The translations under genes and the position numbers were made by a program. The notes beneath the pieces were generated by a model. It was not told the DNA's origin, made no database searches, and saw only the letters and a list, made by a program, of their open reading frames with translations. From contig CAIIXF020000001.1 of the NCBI GenBank assembly GCA_903813345.2, positions 6,200,001 to 6,264,000 on the forward strand: DNA of 64,000 bases, given 5' to 3'. The stretch comes from Owenia fusiformis. Its lineage: Eukaryota. This document shows, piece after piece, positions 62,501 through 64,000 of this stretch; positions within the stretch are counted from its first letter, which is position 1, and each line of letters begins with the position of its first letter.

Positions 62501-63224
62501 GTAAAGTACTCAAATATTAATTTTTACAAATCCATATAGAGGTGCAAGCGGTTGAAATAAAGATACCATTTACGAAAACATGTAGTTTCAAACGAGATAC
62601 AACAAAGTCTAATACAATTGTTCTGATTTTTGGAAGAACGATTTAATCGAATCAAAATGGCTTGACTTTAGAACGACCTTCATTGAATGTAAAAACTTAT
62701 ATTAAGTATATAGCCCGGGGTATATAGTCGAAATATAGAAAGAAATATAATGTACCGAGACTACTGTAATATACATGCAATACTGAAAATGGGTTATAGT
62801 TGCAATGCATTGGAATCAAAATGCGCAAACCGTAATAGTCGGTTTAATTAACATGGCAACGTATATATTTGATCTAGAATGGGTTAAGAATACTGATTCC
62901 CAAGAGTCTACAAAGAAATCAGACAGTTCCCATATATCTAAGAATATTGATCAGAAGAGTGAAATCATATGCATATATTCGTATGGCCGTCTAGATATGG
63001 ATTGTCACAAATCCACTGTATATGTATGCAGTAATTGGCAATTATTGCAAAATCGACACAATTATTTGTTAGTCGTGGTAGTCTATTCATAAGACAATAG
63101 TCTGGACTAAAATTATCTTGAATACTGATGAGTTCGTGGTCAAGAGAAAGGAGCTATGAATAGAAACTCATTCATTTAATAACTGATAATTTTACAAGAT
63201 TCAATGACTTTAAAGGAAAGCCCG

Positions 63225-63942
63225 TCATGATAAACCTTGACATCTCAAATCTTCTCAGCCCTGAGAAGCCCCATTCTGATACTCATAGCATCTTTCTGTT
63301 TCACCTGAAACATGCTCTGATATTATGAGGCATATTCTGTGATCTGAGCAAATCAGATGGGAAAAGTTATAACTGTCAATAAGTGTGACTGTTATCATGT
63401 AATCATCTACCTTAATGTCAATACATTACATAATAGGCATTGTATTTAACAGCAGATATTACAACAGGCACAGTTACACAAGTTTAATGACCCCAATTAG
63501 ATGAAATATGAGCTGGGATGAAAGATCTCAAAAATCCTCAATTTTGGGCTCTCCTGGATCGCCAAATCAAGCTCATTATATCATGGCATCTCAGGGCTGA
63601 GAAGATTTGAGATGGCATGGTTTATCATGATGGAGAAGCCCTGATATAATGAGCTTGATTTGGCGATCCAGGAGAGCCCAAAATTGAGGATTTTTGAGAT
63701 CTTTCATCCAAGCTCATATTTCATCTAATTGGGGTCATTAAACTTGTGTACCTGTGCCTGTGCTAATTTCTGCTGTTAAATACAATGGCTATTATGTAAT
63801 GTATTGACATAAGGTAAATGATTACATGATAAATATCACACTTATAAATCTTCCCATCTGATGTGCTCAGATCACAGAATATCCCTCATAATATCAGAGC
63901 ATGTTTCAGGTGAAACGGAAAGATGCAATGAGTATCAGAATG
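63225..63942. repeat. Interleaved inverted repeats A-B-A'-B'
   Basis: A 63225-63266 pairs with A' 63589-63630; B 63272-63583 pairs with B' 63642-63942. Confidence 0.9.
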
Positions 63943-64000
63943 AGGAAAGCCATGCGCAGCTATCTATACTGCTTTGCGCACTTCTCACTAATGTCAGTGA

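Noticed and set aside
57100-63200. Possible gene in the right-hand region (isolated splice-like sites near 60200-60260 and 62480)
   Set aside because: No consistent exon chain or protein motif could be assembled

Overview
AT-rich, intron-rich animal genomic DNA, most consistent with a marine invertebrate such as a lophotrochozoan (inferred from gene and transposon content, not proven). It is not prokaryotic: I see no CRISPR array, rRNA or tRNA. Splicing by hand supports four protein-coding loci. (1) An SH3BGR/SH3BGRL gene on the minus strand with acidic micro-exons, probably running off the left edge. (2) A minus-strand mosaic extracellular gene of at least 13 exons, or two adjacent paralogues: two trypsin-fold domains lacking catalytic residues, then Sushi, Cys-rich, Sushi, three EGF (one split by a ~55-aa insert) and a Cys-rich tail. 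(3) A single-pass membrane protein with a KCNE-like transmembrane motif. (4) A type II GT49 (LARGE/B4GAT1-like) glycosyltransferase with an intronless CDS, in which a putative carbohydrate-binding module takes the place of the LARGE GT8 domain. Much of the rest is non-autonomous DNA transposons (Tc1/mariner, piggyBac-like, CACTA, Transib-like, Harbinger-like, Kolobok-like, HINE-like), several nested with intact target-site duplications (TSDs). There are also LINE 3' fragments, minisatellites and an interleaved inverted repeat near the right end. All family assignments come from motif recognition by eye; no database searches were run.
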